Part shown: positions 33,689 to 44,700 of the stretch, one piece after another
Layout of the letters: each line of letters opens with the position of its first letter
Position numbering within the stretch: position 1 is the stretch's first letter
Assembly (NCBI GenBank): GCA_965644315.1
Contig: CBFFRQ010000018.1
Location: 992,001 to 1,056,000, forward strand
Length of the DNA stretch: 64,000 nt
Direction: 5' to 3'
DNA from: Caecitellus pseudoparvulus
Lineage: Eukaryota > Protista > Bigyra: Bicosoecida
The notes under the pieces: model-generated
Database searches by the model: none
Told to the model about the DNA's origin: nothing
What the model saw: the letters and a program-made list of their open reading frames with translations, nothing else
Position numbers and translations under genes: made by a program

Positions 33689-34764
33689 TCACCTCGCAGG
33701 CGGGGTGCTGCCGGTGGAGCTGCGCAAGAGCTGGTCTGTGCTGAGGTACACTCCGCCTTCTTCGCCGCTGTCTTCGGCTGCAGCGTCCCAGTCGCCGTCC
33801 CCAAGTGACACCCCATCACCAGCGGTACTCTCGAGGTCCACTTCTGAGCCTGCAGTGGTGACGCTGGCCCAGTCGCTTGAGATGTCAGGACGGCCGGCAG
33901 CTGTCAAGGCTGACTCTGCATGGGGTGCTGAGGGCTGCTGTGCAGCCCCTTCTGATCCTAGCATGGCCTGTGCCATTTCGCGGGCTTTCCGCACGTAGGC
34001 CTTGCGCTGGTTGGCAAGCGCCAGGGCCTCTCGTTTGATGTCTGGCGAGGTGGGGGCCAACTTGTGTGCGGCAAGGAGGTCTTGCCCGGCAGCTTGAAAC
34101 TCGTCCAAGTGCCGCCACACTTGTGCCCGGCGATACAAGGCCTTTGCGCTGTTCGGCCGTGCATGCAACGCTTGATTCAGCGACGATAGTGCCTCTCGTA
34201 GTTGCCGCAGCTTCAGCTGGCACGCAGCCATGTTGAGGAGGCAGAGGAACCTCACGTTGTCCATCTTCTCCTGCAGCGCTTCTTCCTCTGGAAATGCGTA
34301 CTCGTAGTAAACGATGGCCTTTCGATACTTCTCCCTCGCACGTTCATACTGACCTTCCCGGAACAGCATGTTCCCGACGTTCTTGAAGCGCACACAGGCT
34401 GCCATCTGCCTCTCGGCCGACATGTCAAAGATGCGTTGCTCGTCGGAATGGTCAGAATTGCAGCCGAAGGGCATGCGGCGCATTGCCTGCCGAGCAGCAC
34501 TCTCTGCGCGTGCTTGTTGTTTCCTCAGTTCATCCTTTTGCGTTTCTTGGCTCTGTTGCAGGATGCCACGGGACCAAGATGTAAAGGCTACAGCACCACT
34601 TCACACAGCATCGTACTTACATTCCAGCCCTCCCAGGCCGCGTACGAGTCAGTCCACGACTTCGGAGCAGCCTGTGCCCCATCTAAAGCTGTCAGCCTCG
34701 CTTTCAGTTCATCTGCCTCCTGCATGGAACGCATGAACTGCTGCACGGCGTCGTCTGAGTCCAT
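33689..34764 (-). CDS. TPR-repeat protein (FKBP/TTC9-type TPR); intron 34553-34620
   Basis: FKNVGNMLFREGQYERAREKY, LNMAACQLKL, KALYRRAQVW are canonical TPR helices. Confidence 0.88.
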
Positions 34765-34940
34765 CTTGAGATTGGAAACGTTGGCGAAACGTGCGCGCAA
34801 GAGAATGCGAAGTGGGGGCCGCAGTCATAGGCCCAGCGAAGACGGAGTGGAACCAGACAGAGGAGCATACTTGGTTTGACTTGCATGCTGTGATTGGGGC
34901 ACACAGCGGGGTGCCTTTTGCCCAAGGGAGGGTGAGGGGT

Positions 34941-36347
34941 CTATCTATGGCCAGGTCCAGGTGGCACAGCCCGCAGCCACTGAGTAAGCCGGGCTTGCTT
35001 CCGTCTCCCAGTGGTGTCGTTCCCCTGCTGTGCTTTTCGCCCTCGCACGGGGCTCTTGGGGATGCCCTGCTTCGTGGAGCTCGTGAAGTGTGCCTGATCC
35101 ATCAAACCTGAGCTGGCTTGACTTGCTGCGCCGGGTTTCCCGGAATCCCACGCGAGGGAGGCCGCAGGTTGCTGGAGAGTTGGTGCTGGAACTGAGCTCC
35201 GCTCAGCAATGTTCTGAGGGCCTTGTCGTGCCCCTACCTGCTGGGCTTCGTCCCAAGCGAGGGACAGGACCGGAGAAGATCCAGGGCTCACCGCCTGGAC
35301 ACTCTGGGGAGGCTCCCGTGTGTTCACGTCACCACTTTGAAGCTCCAGTGTCCCGGTCCGCCACCTTTCTGGATTCGGGCCGGCGCTGCGGTGGATGCGT
35401 GTGCTTGCTCCCTGGCTGACTGCAGGATCTGCCTCAGGTCTGGCTGGGGCCGGAGCAATGCACGCAATGCCAGGAAGCTCCAGGGTAACCTGTGTCCCTT
35501 CACCCTGGGCTTCCGAAGGTTGAAGGCGAGCAGCCCACAGCCCCAGCTGAGCAAGGGCTGGCACGCTAACCGAGGCCATTGTTGAGGGTTGTGTGGCTGC
35601 CAGCACCTGGACCCCAGCCGCAACAAACTGACGAAGTGTTCTTGGAAGCACCGTGCCAGCAGCAAGGTGCAAGGGTAGGGGCAGAGGCTCTGAGTGGCAC
35701 TTCAGGACAAGGGACCCAACTCCAAAGCACCAGTGCAAGGACACGTTCGTGCCTCGAATCCAGGCTGCCCCAGCTGGTACTTCCCGTGCTGCATCAGGTG
35801 TCAGCAGGCAAGGCAACGCAGATCCTGCGGCTTCTGATATCGAAAAGCCAGCTGCTTGCAGAGCCTGCTCGGCGCGCGTCGTGGACAGCACAGTCCACGG
35901 CAGCCCTCCTTCGCATGACACGTTGGTGTGAACGCAGTAGCCTGCGCGCTGGACTGCCACAAGCCGGGCGTCAAAGTCTGCAAGCTCCGCAACACTAGGA
36001 AGGGAAACTGCTTGTCCAGCAGCCGGGGATGCAGGTGGGTTAGTTGGAGTGTGTGGCGCTGTTTGCGCCACAGGAGGTTGCCACTCGAAGCTCCCGTCAC
36101 TGTCCCCCTCCTCAGCCACAGGGGGAAGGCGAGGAAGTGAGCCGGTCCGCTCATGACTCACAGCACTTAGCAGAGAACGGGGCTGAAAGCGGCCCAGCTC
36201 CGGTCTTTCTTGTTGGGCTGGAGCCGCGCTCAGAGTAGATGCTGCTGGGGAAGCAATTACCGCAGCGTCTCCAGTTGTGCTTTGAGAGGCATCCAAGCTA
36301 CTCCTCTGCCCACCCTCTGGCACCGAACCCACTGCCATCTCCTCCAT
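34941..36347 (-). CDS. Hypothetical protein (468 aa)
   Basis: ATG-started ORF occupying the gap; no recognised domain. Confidence 0.55.
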   Translation of the reverse strand: MEEMAVGSVPEGGQRSSLDASQSTTGDAAVIASPAASTLSAAPAQQERPELGRFQPRSLLSAVSHERTGSLPRLPPVAEEGDSDGSFEWQPPVAQTAPHTPTNPPASPAAGQAVSLPSVAELADFDARLVAVQRAGYCVHTNVSCEGGLPWTVLSTTRAEQALQAAGFSISEAAGSALPCLLTPDAAREVPAGAAWIRGTNVSLHWCFGVGSLVLKCHSEPLPLPLHLAAGTVLPRTLRQFVAAGVQVLAATQPSTMASVSVPALAQLGLWAARLQPSEAQGEGTQVTLELPGIACIAPAPARPEADPAVSQGASTRIHRSAGPNPERWRTGTLELQSGDVNTREPPQSVQAVSPGSSPVLSLAWDEAQQVGARQGPQNIAERSSVPAPTLQQPAASLAWDSGKPGAASQASSGLMDQAHFTSSTKQGIPKSPVRGRKAQQGNDTTGRRKQARLTQWLRAVPPGPGHR

Positions 36348-36654
36348 AGTACTTGAACCAAATGCACATATGCAATGGCCGTTTTAGATCCTTCTGTGAC
36401 TGAGCGTGCGCCTTCCTTCAAAGCTCTTGGGTGTTGGGCGGCAGCGCATGCAGAGTTTGGCCATACAGGAAAGATGCAAGGCGCATTGACAGTGGCTGGG
36501 ACAAAGATAGCTGCATAGGATATGTTGTGTTTTGCTGTGTTGTGTGGCGGTGCAATAGATGGTGTGTGTGTCGGTGAGAGTGTTGACAAGGCTTCAGCAT
36601 CCCGTGCATGCTAAGGCAGTAACTATACAATGACATTTTTCGGCACCCTCTCAT

Positions 36655-36725
36655 ACGACCGTGGTGTAGTGGTAACATATCTCGTTGCCATCGAGGTACC
36701 CCGGGTTCAATTCCCGGCGGTCGTA
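36655..36725 (+). tRNA. trnG-GCC: tRNA-Gly(GCC), copy 1
   Basis: Cloverleaf: ACGACCG/CGGTCGT acceptor, TCTCG-TTGCCAT-CGAGG anticodon arm, CCGGG-TTCAATT-CCCGG T arm, A73; A and B boxes intact. Confidence 0.96.
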
Positions 36726-36734
36726 CTCTCTTCC

Positions 36735-36747
36735 TTTTTTGTTTTTT
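36735..36747 (+). terminator. Pol III oligo(T) terminator of tRNA copy 1
   Basis: TTTTTTGTTTTTT begins 10 nt after the tRNA. Confidence 0.85.
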
Positions 36748-36877
36748 CGCCGACAGTTCAGCTTCGTGTGCATAACACACTGACACAGCACCCGTACACA
36801 TTTTACCTCGTGGTCGCGCACAGTTTCTCACGCTGCTTGAGTGTCTGTTTGGTTCCACGCGCAACGAAGCGAGCACA

Positions 36878-38107
36878 ATGGCTGCATCCGCAGGGGAGAC
36901 CCGGATTACCACCGCCTTGCAGGAGCATGGCCCCAAAGTGCACAGCGCAAAGGTTGCCGTTGTAGGCACAGGAGCTGTGGGGATGGCGGTGACGTATGCG
37001 TTGCTGAACCAGGTGAGCCCACCTTGAATTCGGCGCATCGGTGTCAATTTCCGTGCTTCACCACCACGCCGAAGGTTTGTTCCACCGCAGGGTTTGTGCT
37101 CCAGCCTTGCTCTGATTGACGTGGACCAAGACAAAGTCAAGGGGGAGCTGGACGATCTACAGCACGGTGCAGCTTTCATTGAACAGGTGGAGCTAGAGTG
37201 AGCAGCGGCTTCTGTGCTGAGGCCAGCATCTGGTGCAAATCAAGTCACCTTCTTGGCTGTGTGTTGCACAGAGGGGGCAAAGACTACGAACACTGCGCTG
37301 GTGCGGCCCTGGTCATCATCACGGCAGGCGTCCGACAACGTGAAGGGGAGACTCGTTTGCAGCTCCTGGAGCGCAACGTGCGCGTCTTCCAAAGTGAGTG
37401 CAGCCACTCGAGGTGTTGACAGTCCCTCAATCAAGCGTGGTGCCGCACCTCCGTCCGCAGTGATCGTTCCGAACGTTGTCAAGCACGCGCCCGAAGCATC
37501 CATGCTCATTGTCACGAACCCCTGCGACATCATGACCGCCGTCGCCGCAAAGTTGTCTGGACTGCCGCCCGGGCGCGTCTTTGGCTCCGGCACGTCCTTG
37601 GACTCGTCCCGGTTCCGATCCCTCATCGCCAAGGAGTTGGGGGTAGCCATTCGCTCTGTGCATGGGTACATTCTCGGAGAGCACGGCGACTCTTCAGTGC
37701 CCATCTGGTCCCAGGTCTCCGTTGGCTGCTCCCCACTGGCCTCCGCCGTGGACGCGTCGCTGGGAACCCACCAGCCGGGTGGTGTGTGGTCTGGCATGCA
37801 CCAGGATGTTGTCAAGGCTGCTTACTCCGTCATCAAGGCCAAGGGCTACACGAACTGGGCCATCGGGCTTACGGTGGCGTCCATCGCACGAGCAGTGCTG
37901 CGTGACGAGCGCCGAGTGTTGCCAGTGTCTGTGCCTGCGCAAGGGCACCACGACATCCACCACGATGTGTACCTCTCCTTGCCGGCTGTTGTCGGTGCCG
38001 GCGGTGCCTTGTCCATCATCTCTGCGACACTCGCTCCACACGAGACCGAGATGCTGCAAAAGTCAGCGGAGGCATTGCACACAACGGCAGCTGGGCTGGC
38101 ATTCTGA
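36878..38107 (+). CDS. LDH: L-lactate dehydrogenase; join(36878..37012,37091..37197,37272..37393,37461..38107)
   Basis: [30 protein letters not shown] (Gln specificity loop), [33 protein letters not shown]; three introns. Confidence 0.96.
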
Positions 38108-38261
38108 GTTGAGAACTGGTGAGGAATGCATTTTTTGTGGTGTTTATCTCACCTCTGGCGCTGCTCTTTGACACCCAGACAGTTTATCGCAAAGGAACGC
38201 ACCAGAAGTGCAAGTTGTGTACTGTTATACTCTATGTATGCTAAAGAAAGCCCTTTATCAT

Positions 38262-38332
38262 ACGACCGTGGTGTAGTGGTAACATATCTCGTTGCCATCG
38301 AGGTACCCCGGGTTCAATTCCCGGCGGTCGTA
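38262..38332 (+). tRNA. trnG-GCC: tRNA-Gly(GCC), copy 2 (identical to copy 1)
   Basis: Same 71 nt as 36655-36725, followed by T6 at 38342-38347. Confidence 0.96.
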
Positions 38333-38505
38333 CTTCCTTCCTTTTTTGCCTCCCGCCCGACGATGCACATCATCACGCCAATGCCATTCTCCCCAAACCT
38401 CACAAGACACAACACCCAAGCATATCCCAACCATCAGTGTCTGCAGCCTTGGCATGTTACTGGCACAGATTATCTATCCCATCTCTTGCAGGTCTGGAGA
38501 TTACA

Positions 38506-40488
38506 ATGGCCTCAGCAGGGAAAGTGGTGCCTCGCATCACTGAACGAGTGAATGAGCTCACTTGTGAACTCGGGAATGTGGGGCCTCTTCGAGGTCTGCG
38601 ACTGCTCAGGGGCTGCGATGCGCAGCTTTTTGCGGGTGAGAGGGCTCGCAATTACCGCAGCTAGCAGCGCCGGCCATGAGAGTACATTCCCTCCCAAGCA
38701 GGGTACCAGGACTATCCAGGCATGGACGAGCATGTAGAGAACATGGTGGCTCTATCAGACGCAGTGCGTTTGGCGTTGTACCCCCCAATTGGCAGTCCAC
38801 CAGGTCTGGTCGTGCTCAGCGGCGCTGGCACGTCTGGTAGGCTGTCTGCTCTCGTGGCGAGCAGCTACAACGCTGCGGGGAGCCATGCGTTGTCTGGGGC
38901 TACCAGAGGTGACCTTGCATACTTGGTGGCTGGGGGGGCTCCCGCGCTTCTGAAGTCGCAAGAGTCTGCAGAGGATGTCTCAGCAGCTGCGGTGTCTGAC
39001 CTGCTCCTTGTCCTGTCCGGCAAAGGCCGCAGCAATGCCACTAGCCCTGCTCCAGACGTACCACAGGAAGGGTTGGCGCACTCTGGGCCAATTGTGTTTG
39101 TGGGCATCTCCTGTGGCATGTCTGCGACGTACGTTGGGGCTCAGGCAGAATTCTTGCTCCAGCACACGGCAAAGCACGTCCACCCAGTCACCGTGTGCCT
39201 GCTAGGGTTCAACCCGCCCTCTCTTGTAAAAGAAGTCCCTATTGCTGGATGGCATTCCACGTATGCAAGCGTGGTGCAGCTTGTGCAGCAAAGCCCCAGC
39301 GGCATACTGCTCACACCTGCGGTGGGGCCTGAGGCAGTGGCCGGCAGCACCCGCATGAAGGGGGGCAGCGCAACCAAGCTTGTCCTGGACACCGTTTGCT
39401 CTAGTGCACTCAGGGCCGCACTAGAGGGGCGCTCAGTACTGGAGGCAGACGTTCATCACTGCCTGGAAGCCCTGTCTACCACTGTGCAGCGCCTGTATCG
39501 GCAGGCGCACGCGCTGCTGCCGGCCGTGCAAGCTGCTGGAGCGTCGTTGTCGGCAGGTGGGCGAGTTGTGTATGTGGGGGAGGGTGTGGCAGGTGTTTTG
39601 GGCCTCATCGATGCGTCAGAGTGCCCACCAACGTTCGGGGCTCAGTTTGAGGATGTGCGTGGGTTTGTGGAGGGAGGGTACGCGGCAGCTGGCATGCCCG
39701 CTCCTTCAGGCAGCTGCATCCCCCCCACCAACACATCAGGCACCAAGGACGACGCGCCTGGTGCGGTGTTGATTTCCGAGGAGGGCTGCGTGGACTGGTC
39801 GCAGTGTGGCTTGGACCATTTCCAGAGGCATGTGGCGCCTACCCTCACCCCGGCAGACACTGTGGTTGCCCTGGGCGTGCTCGGCATCCCTGCACCTGTT
39901 CGTGCTGCACTTCAAGCGTGTGCACCAAGTGGCGCCGCCTGTCTGGAGCTGGACGTGCAGCAGCTTGTGCAGCTTGGGCATTCAGCCTGCCTGCCACTAG
40001 GCTGCGGTCCCACTCACCCGGAGGGGGAGCTGGCTCTCAAACTGGCGTGCAATGCCATCACAACTCTTGCCCACGTGCAACGTGGCGCTGTCTTTGGCAA
40101 CCGCATGATCGACGTGCGTGTAAGCAACGCCAAGCTGCTGACGCGTGCAGTGGGCATTATCGCAGAGGTCAGCCAGGTGCCTCGCGCACTTGCCGCAACC
40201 GCCTTGCTCAGGGCCATCCATGACAACGACACAGTTGTTGTGACAGACACAGCAGGGCAGCTGCCTCCAGGTGATGTTCCGCCCGTCATTGCAGCGGCGG
40301 CAGGCCAGGAGCGACTGGTGCCCACGGCGGTGGCCATGTGTGCTGCTGCGCTGCAGGCGGGCAACATGGAGCCGAGCGGCTTGCCCGCGGTTGACCGTGT
40401 GCGTGCCGCAATGCGAGCGCACAGTGCTGTGGCTGCTGCCGTGGCGGCCGTGTGTTCAACGGAGGCAGCCGCCACGGCAGCCCAATGA
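38506..40488 (+). CDS. Glucokinase-regulatory-protein/MurQ-like double SIS-domain protein; intron 38636-38701
   Basis: RITERVNELT..LLRGCDAQLF, GLVVLSGAGTSGRL, GISCGMSA, GFNP, GPEAVAGSTRMKGGSATK, DASECPPTFG, GNRMIDVRVSNAKL; colinear with vertebrate GCKR as I recall it. Confidence 0.88.
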
Positions 40489-40582
40489 AAGCTCCACGCC
40501 ACTTTCCAACACCACAAACAGCGGCCCCCACCATGCAATCCTCGCTTTCGTTGTACAGCCGGGATACCTTCCTTGTAGCGTC

Positions 40583-41704
40583 ATGTTCGGGTTTTTGAAC
40601 GACATCGCCTGGTGGCTGTGCCACTGGTGGCTGTACCTCGCCGGGGTGCTGTTCACGGTGTCCCTGCTCACGTACTTCGTACCGTTCCTCGTGGCAGCTG
40701 TGCTGCCCGTGGCAAACTTGAAGAAGCGGTACAACGCCAAGTGGGCCATCGTCACGGGGGGCTCGTCTGGCATTGGCTTGTCCCTGGCCACCAAGCTCGC
40801 CGAGCAGGGCTTGAACGTGATCATCGCCGCACTGGACGACGACCTGCTGCAGCCAGCCGTGGAGGGACTGCGTAGGAAGTTCAAGGACCAAGAGTTCATC
40901 AGCGTCCCAGTTAACCTTGCAAAGGACGGCTACATTGAGGACATCAAGGCCGCCATCGGGGACCGACAGGTGCAGGTGAGCAACCTCGGCGCCTCAGCGA
41001 GCACTGCTGCCACCCTTGCAGAGCGCAGCGCACCCTTCCTCTGCACAGATTGCATTTCTGAATGCAGGATACATCGCAACAGGCTTCTTTGACATGTCTC
41101 CGCTGGGTGCGTGTGGCGCCACAGCACGTGGGGTGTTGCCTGCGGAAATCGATGCCTCCGTCGCCCAAGCACAGGCCGCCAAATGGCGAACTACAACTGC
41201 AACGCCACATCTGCGATGGCCCTGGCACACTTCTTCGTGCAGCACATGAAGCAGGCGAAGCTTCCGGGGCTGATCATGTTCACATCCTCGCCCGCATCGC
41301 TCATGCCCTCGCCTTCGTGCGCACTGTACGGCAGCACCAAGGCGTTCCTGACCGAGTTCGCCATGTCCCTGGCGCCAGAGGTGGCCTCCATGAACATCGA
41401 CGTGTCTGTGATGAACCCGTCTCCCGTCGCGACGAACTTCTACAATGGCGCCCACGACATCGACATGCTGAAGTTCTTCAAGTCCACCGCCACGACGCCA
41501 GACATCATTGCTGATGCCATGTTGGCGGGTGCAGGGCGCCTTGTCGTCGTGGAGCAGGGGTACTACTCCGCCGTCGTCCGAGTGCTGCTGAAGATCGCCG
41601 ACATCGTCTTCATCGCCCAGATGACGAAGCTGTCCGCGCCCACCATGTCTGACTTCATCAACCTGCGTGCCACCCAGGAGGCCCAGGCCAAGAAGCACAA
41701 GTGA
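40583..41704 (+). CDS. Membrane-anchored short-chain dehydrogenase (KCR/17beta-HSD12-like), 2 introns
   Basis: N-terminal TM segment, WAIVTGGSSGIG, LNAG, YGSTK (YxxxK). Confidence 0.92.
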
Positions 41705-41758
41705 TGGCGCCCCGTACACCGGGCGAGTCGCAATGCATGAGGTGCTTCCTGCATTGCA

Positions 41759-44700
41759 TCACTTGCGTGGCTTTGCCTTGGGAACAGCGCGGCTGGGCGA
41801 CCCGCCAGCCAGTGGCTCCAGCTGCGAGCGTCGCCCCCTCACAACGCTGGTCGTGCTGCCCAGCCGAGCGGCACGAGTGGCTTGCCTGCCGTGCAAGGAG
41901 TCCTGCTGCAGCTTGGCCTTCAAAGCAGCGTACTCAGTCTTGTGGATACCCATGACTTGGCGCAGGGCGGGGTTGTCCGTCAGTCGGTACGAGGGGCAAC
42001 CCTGCAGTTTGCCTCGACTGCGGGCTTCCTCCAACGACACTGCCTCGAATGTGGCCCGCCTGCCCGACCGACTGCGCTTGGAGTCAACCCCCACTTCACT
42101 GCCTGTCAGGCGACTGTACTGCGGAATGCAGTATCGCCCGCAGGTGGCCCAATGCACCACGTCAGGGATCGCTACAGAGAAAAGGGACAGCGTCCACCCT
42201 GCCAGGAGCAGGAAAAACAGGAGAATGTGCCCTGACGTGTGCACGGCAAAAAAGCGCCCGATGGTTGAGGAAAAGGACTGCGCTGACTGAATAATGTTCT
42301 GGCCGACGCGCCCCCCCGCTTGCTGGCTGGATGTCAGGATGTCCCCTGAGGAGTACATGTACAGGGTCATGACGATGTGCAGCAAGAGCACCCACCACAG
42401 CCCCCCCGAGGCAGCGTAGTTAACATGTGCGTCGTACAGTGGAGGCAAGGTGTGCAGGCGCAGCAGGGCGTACTTGTCCACCCAGTACGTGATGAGGATG
42501 GTGACGGCAGCAAGGGGCAGCAGCAGTGGGATGCCTGCAGAAAAGGCTGTGCCAAAGACGAGGATGCTCACGACACGCGCATGTTTCTCAGCGAGAGGGA
42601 AGGGTGTTCCCGTCACCTGTGCGTTCAAGCCGGCTTGCGTCACTGCAGGGGAAAAGGCAGTCTGCCACTTCTTCCACAAGACTTGCACCCCCGGCAGTGT
42701 CTGGGATGTCGCCACGTAAAGGGTGAGCAGGAAGATCGTCGTGCTGCCGACGTTGGCGTACCATTCCGGAGGGTAGTCCCATGGCGCGTTGGAGCCCAGC
42801 ACCAGCAGGGAGCCATCAATGGTGGCATCTGAGGCGATGTCTTCAGTGGTGACCAGGACGTTCCCTGCGCCAGCTCGGACGCGCTCCGTGTCCACGCCCC
42901 ACAGATCCAGGACGCGCCACCAGTTGGCATTCACGATGATGTTCATGAGCAAGACATTCAACACTACCCGCGCCGTGAGACGGTAGTAGTATGAGATGTC
43001 TTCCGCAACGCGTGTGCGGTGCTTCTCGAAGGGCAACAAGCGGCGAGTGATGAAGGTGATGGCTTCGTTCATGCCCAGCACGAGGAGTGCCACGAGGATG
43101 GTGACGACAATGCCACCTGCGCGCTCCTGGCGCCACGCCTCACAGACAGGCTCAACCCAAGCCTCATCCACGCCCAGGCGGCCGCAGTCGCACCCCATGC
43201 GGACAGCGCTGCTGCTGTTGCTGAGGGTCACGGTTGCGACAGGTCCGCACGTGGCATCCGGCATGATGCGCGCCCCCACCCTGTTCAGCGTTGAGCTGAT
43301 TTGGGCTTGCCGAGCAGCGTACCACAACAGACACGATACAACGAGGATGGCAAGACTCGGCAGGGCAGTTAACCACTTGCGGCTGTACACTTGCCAGTCG
43401 CTGAAGCCATAGTTCTGCCAGACGATGGAGGAGGGACGAGGCGCCTGCACGGCGGCACCGCGGATCACTCCCCGCAGGCGCAGGAAGTTGTGGCCCTGCC
43501 CTGAGCAGCACATGGCAAGGAGCGGGTTGGAAGGAAATAAGTTGATGGCCGTGCGCACGGCGGAGGTGTGCTTGAAGGACACCATGGCGCTGACCGCCCG
43601 CTGGCTCGTCGCGCTGGGGGCGCTGCTGGGGTTGCCAAGTGGCGCAGCACCGCCGAGGGGTGACACCGCCAATGGGGAGACAGTGCTCACGCCGGTACTT
43701 CCCGCACCACCAGGCACATCCTCTTGTGCCTTCTGACTGGCTGGGCACAGTTTCTGCAGGCTGTCTGCCAGCACATCTCGGGTGGGCGCGTCTTCGTCCT
43801 CCACGCCCGTCAGGATGCGGATGCGGCGGCGCCGCAACTCGTCCATCTCGCGCTCCAACTCCTGCTCCCTGGACGTCGCAGCTTGCAGCAGTGTGTTCAC
43901 CTGGCGCATGTCAAGCTCCAGCGTGTACGGGTCCGCAGGTGGCAGCGAGCCGCCGGCTCGCATGGCGCCAGCTGCGGCCATGGAGGGCACCGCGACCGCT
44001 GCGTGGGCTGGGGGCTCCTGGGTGTCGGCGCTGGCCGCTGCAGGGGGCGGATCTGGGCGCTTGCCGAAGCCCAGTAGCCCCCCGGGCGCCAGGGACTTGC
44101 GCACGCGGCGCACCGCTCGTGCCACAGCTCCTCCCACGCCACCCCCCTTCCCACGAGCGCTTGGAGGTGGTGCCGGCTTTGACATGCCCATGGACTGGGG
44201 TGATCGGGGTGCACTTCCATGTGCGCCTGGTCGGGGTGGAGGCGCAGGTTTGCTGCCCTTGGCTGCCACCACAGGTCGCGCAGTGGGAAGCATGCTTGGC
44301 CTAGCTCGCCGCAGGGGGTTTGCCTTCACTTGGGGTGCTGGCGGCGCGCCAGCCAACGGCATGGTATCCAAGCCTTGCCGAGCACCAGAGGCCGCGGCAG
44401 CTGTCGCGCTGCGCCGTCGAGGGCTGCCGCCCGAGGTGTCCTCATCGGAGCCGCCCCCAGCCGAGGTGCTGGCCTGCCCGCTGGTGGCAGTGGCATCGTC
44501 CGTGGCGGACGTGCTCTCGTCGTCGCTGCTGCCACCTTCCTCACTATCTTCCTCCAGGATGGCTGATATGCTGGACATGGCAGCTAGGCCCAGTCCTGCA
44601 GCCGGGTCGTGTCCACCTGCCGCCGCCCCGCTACAACGCTGGGCGGACAGCAACGGCAGCTCTGGCTTGGGGAAGCGCGCCATGGCTGCCTTGGCTGTGG

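Noticed and set aside
36651-38334. tRNA direct repeats as attL/attR of an active integrative element
   Set aside because: No integrase or recombinase is present, both tRNAs are complete, and the enclosed gene has host-type introns. Kept only as a finding.
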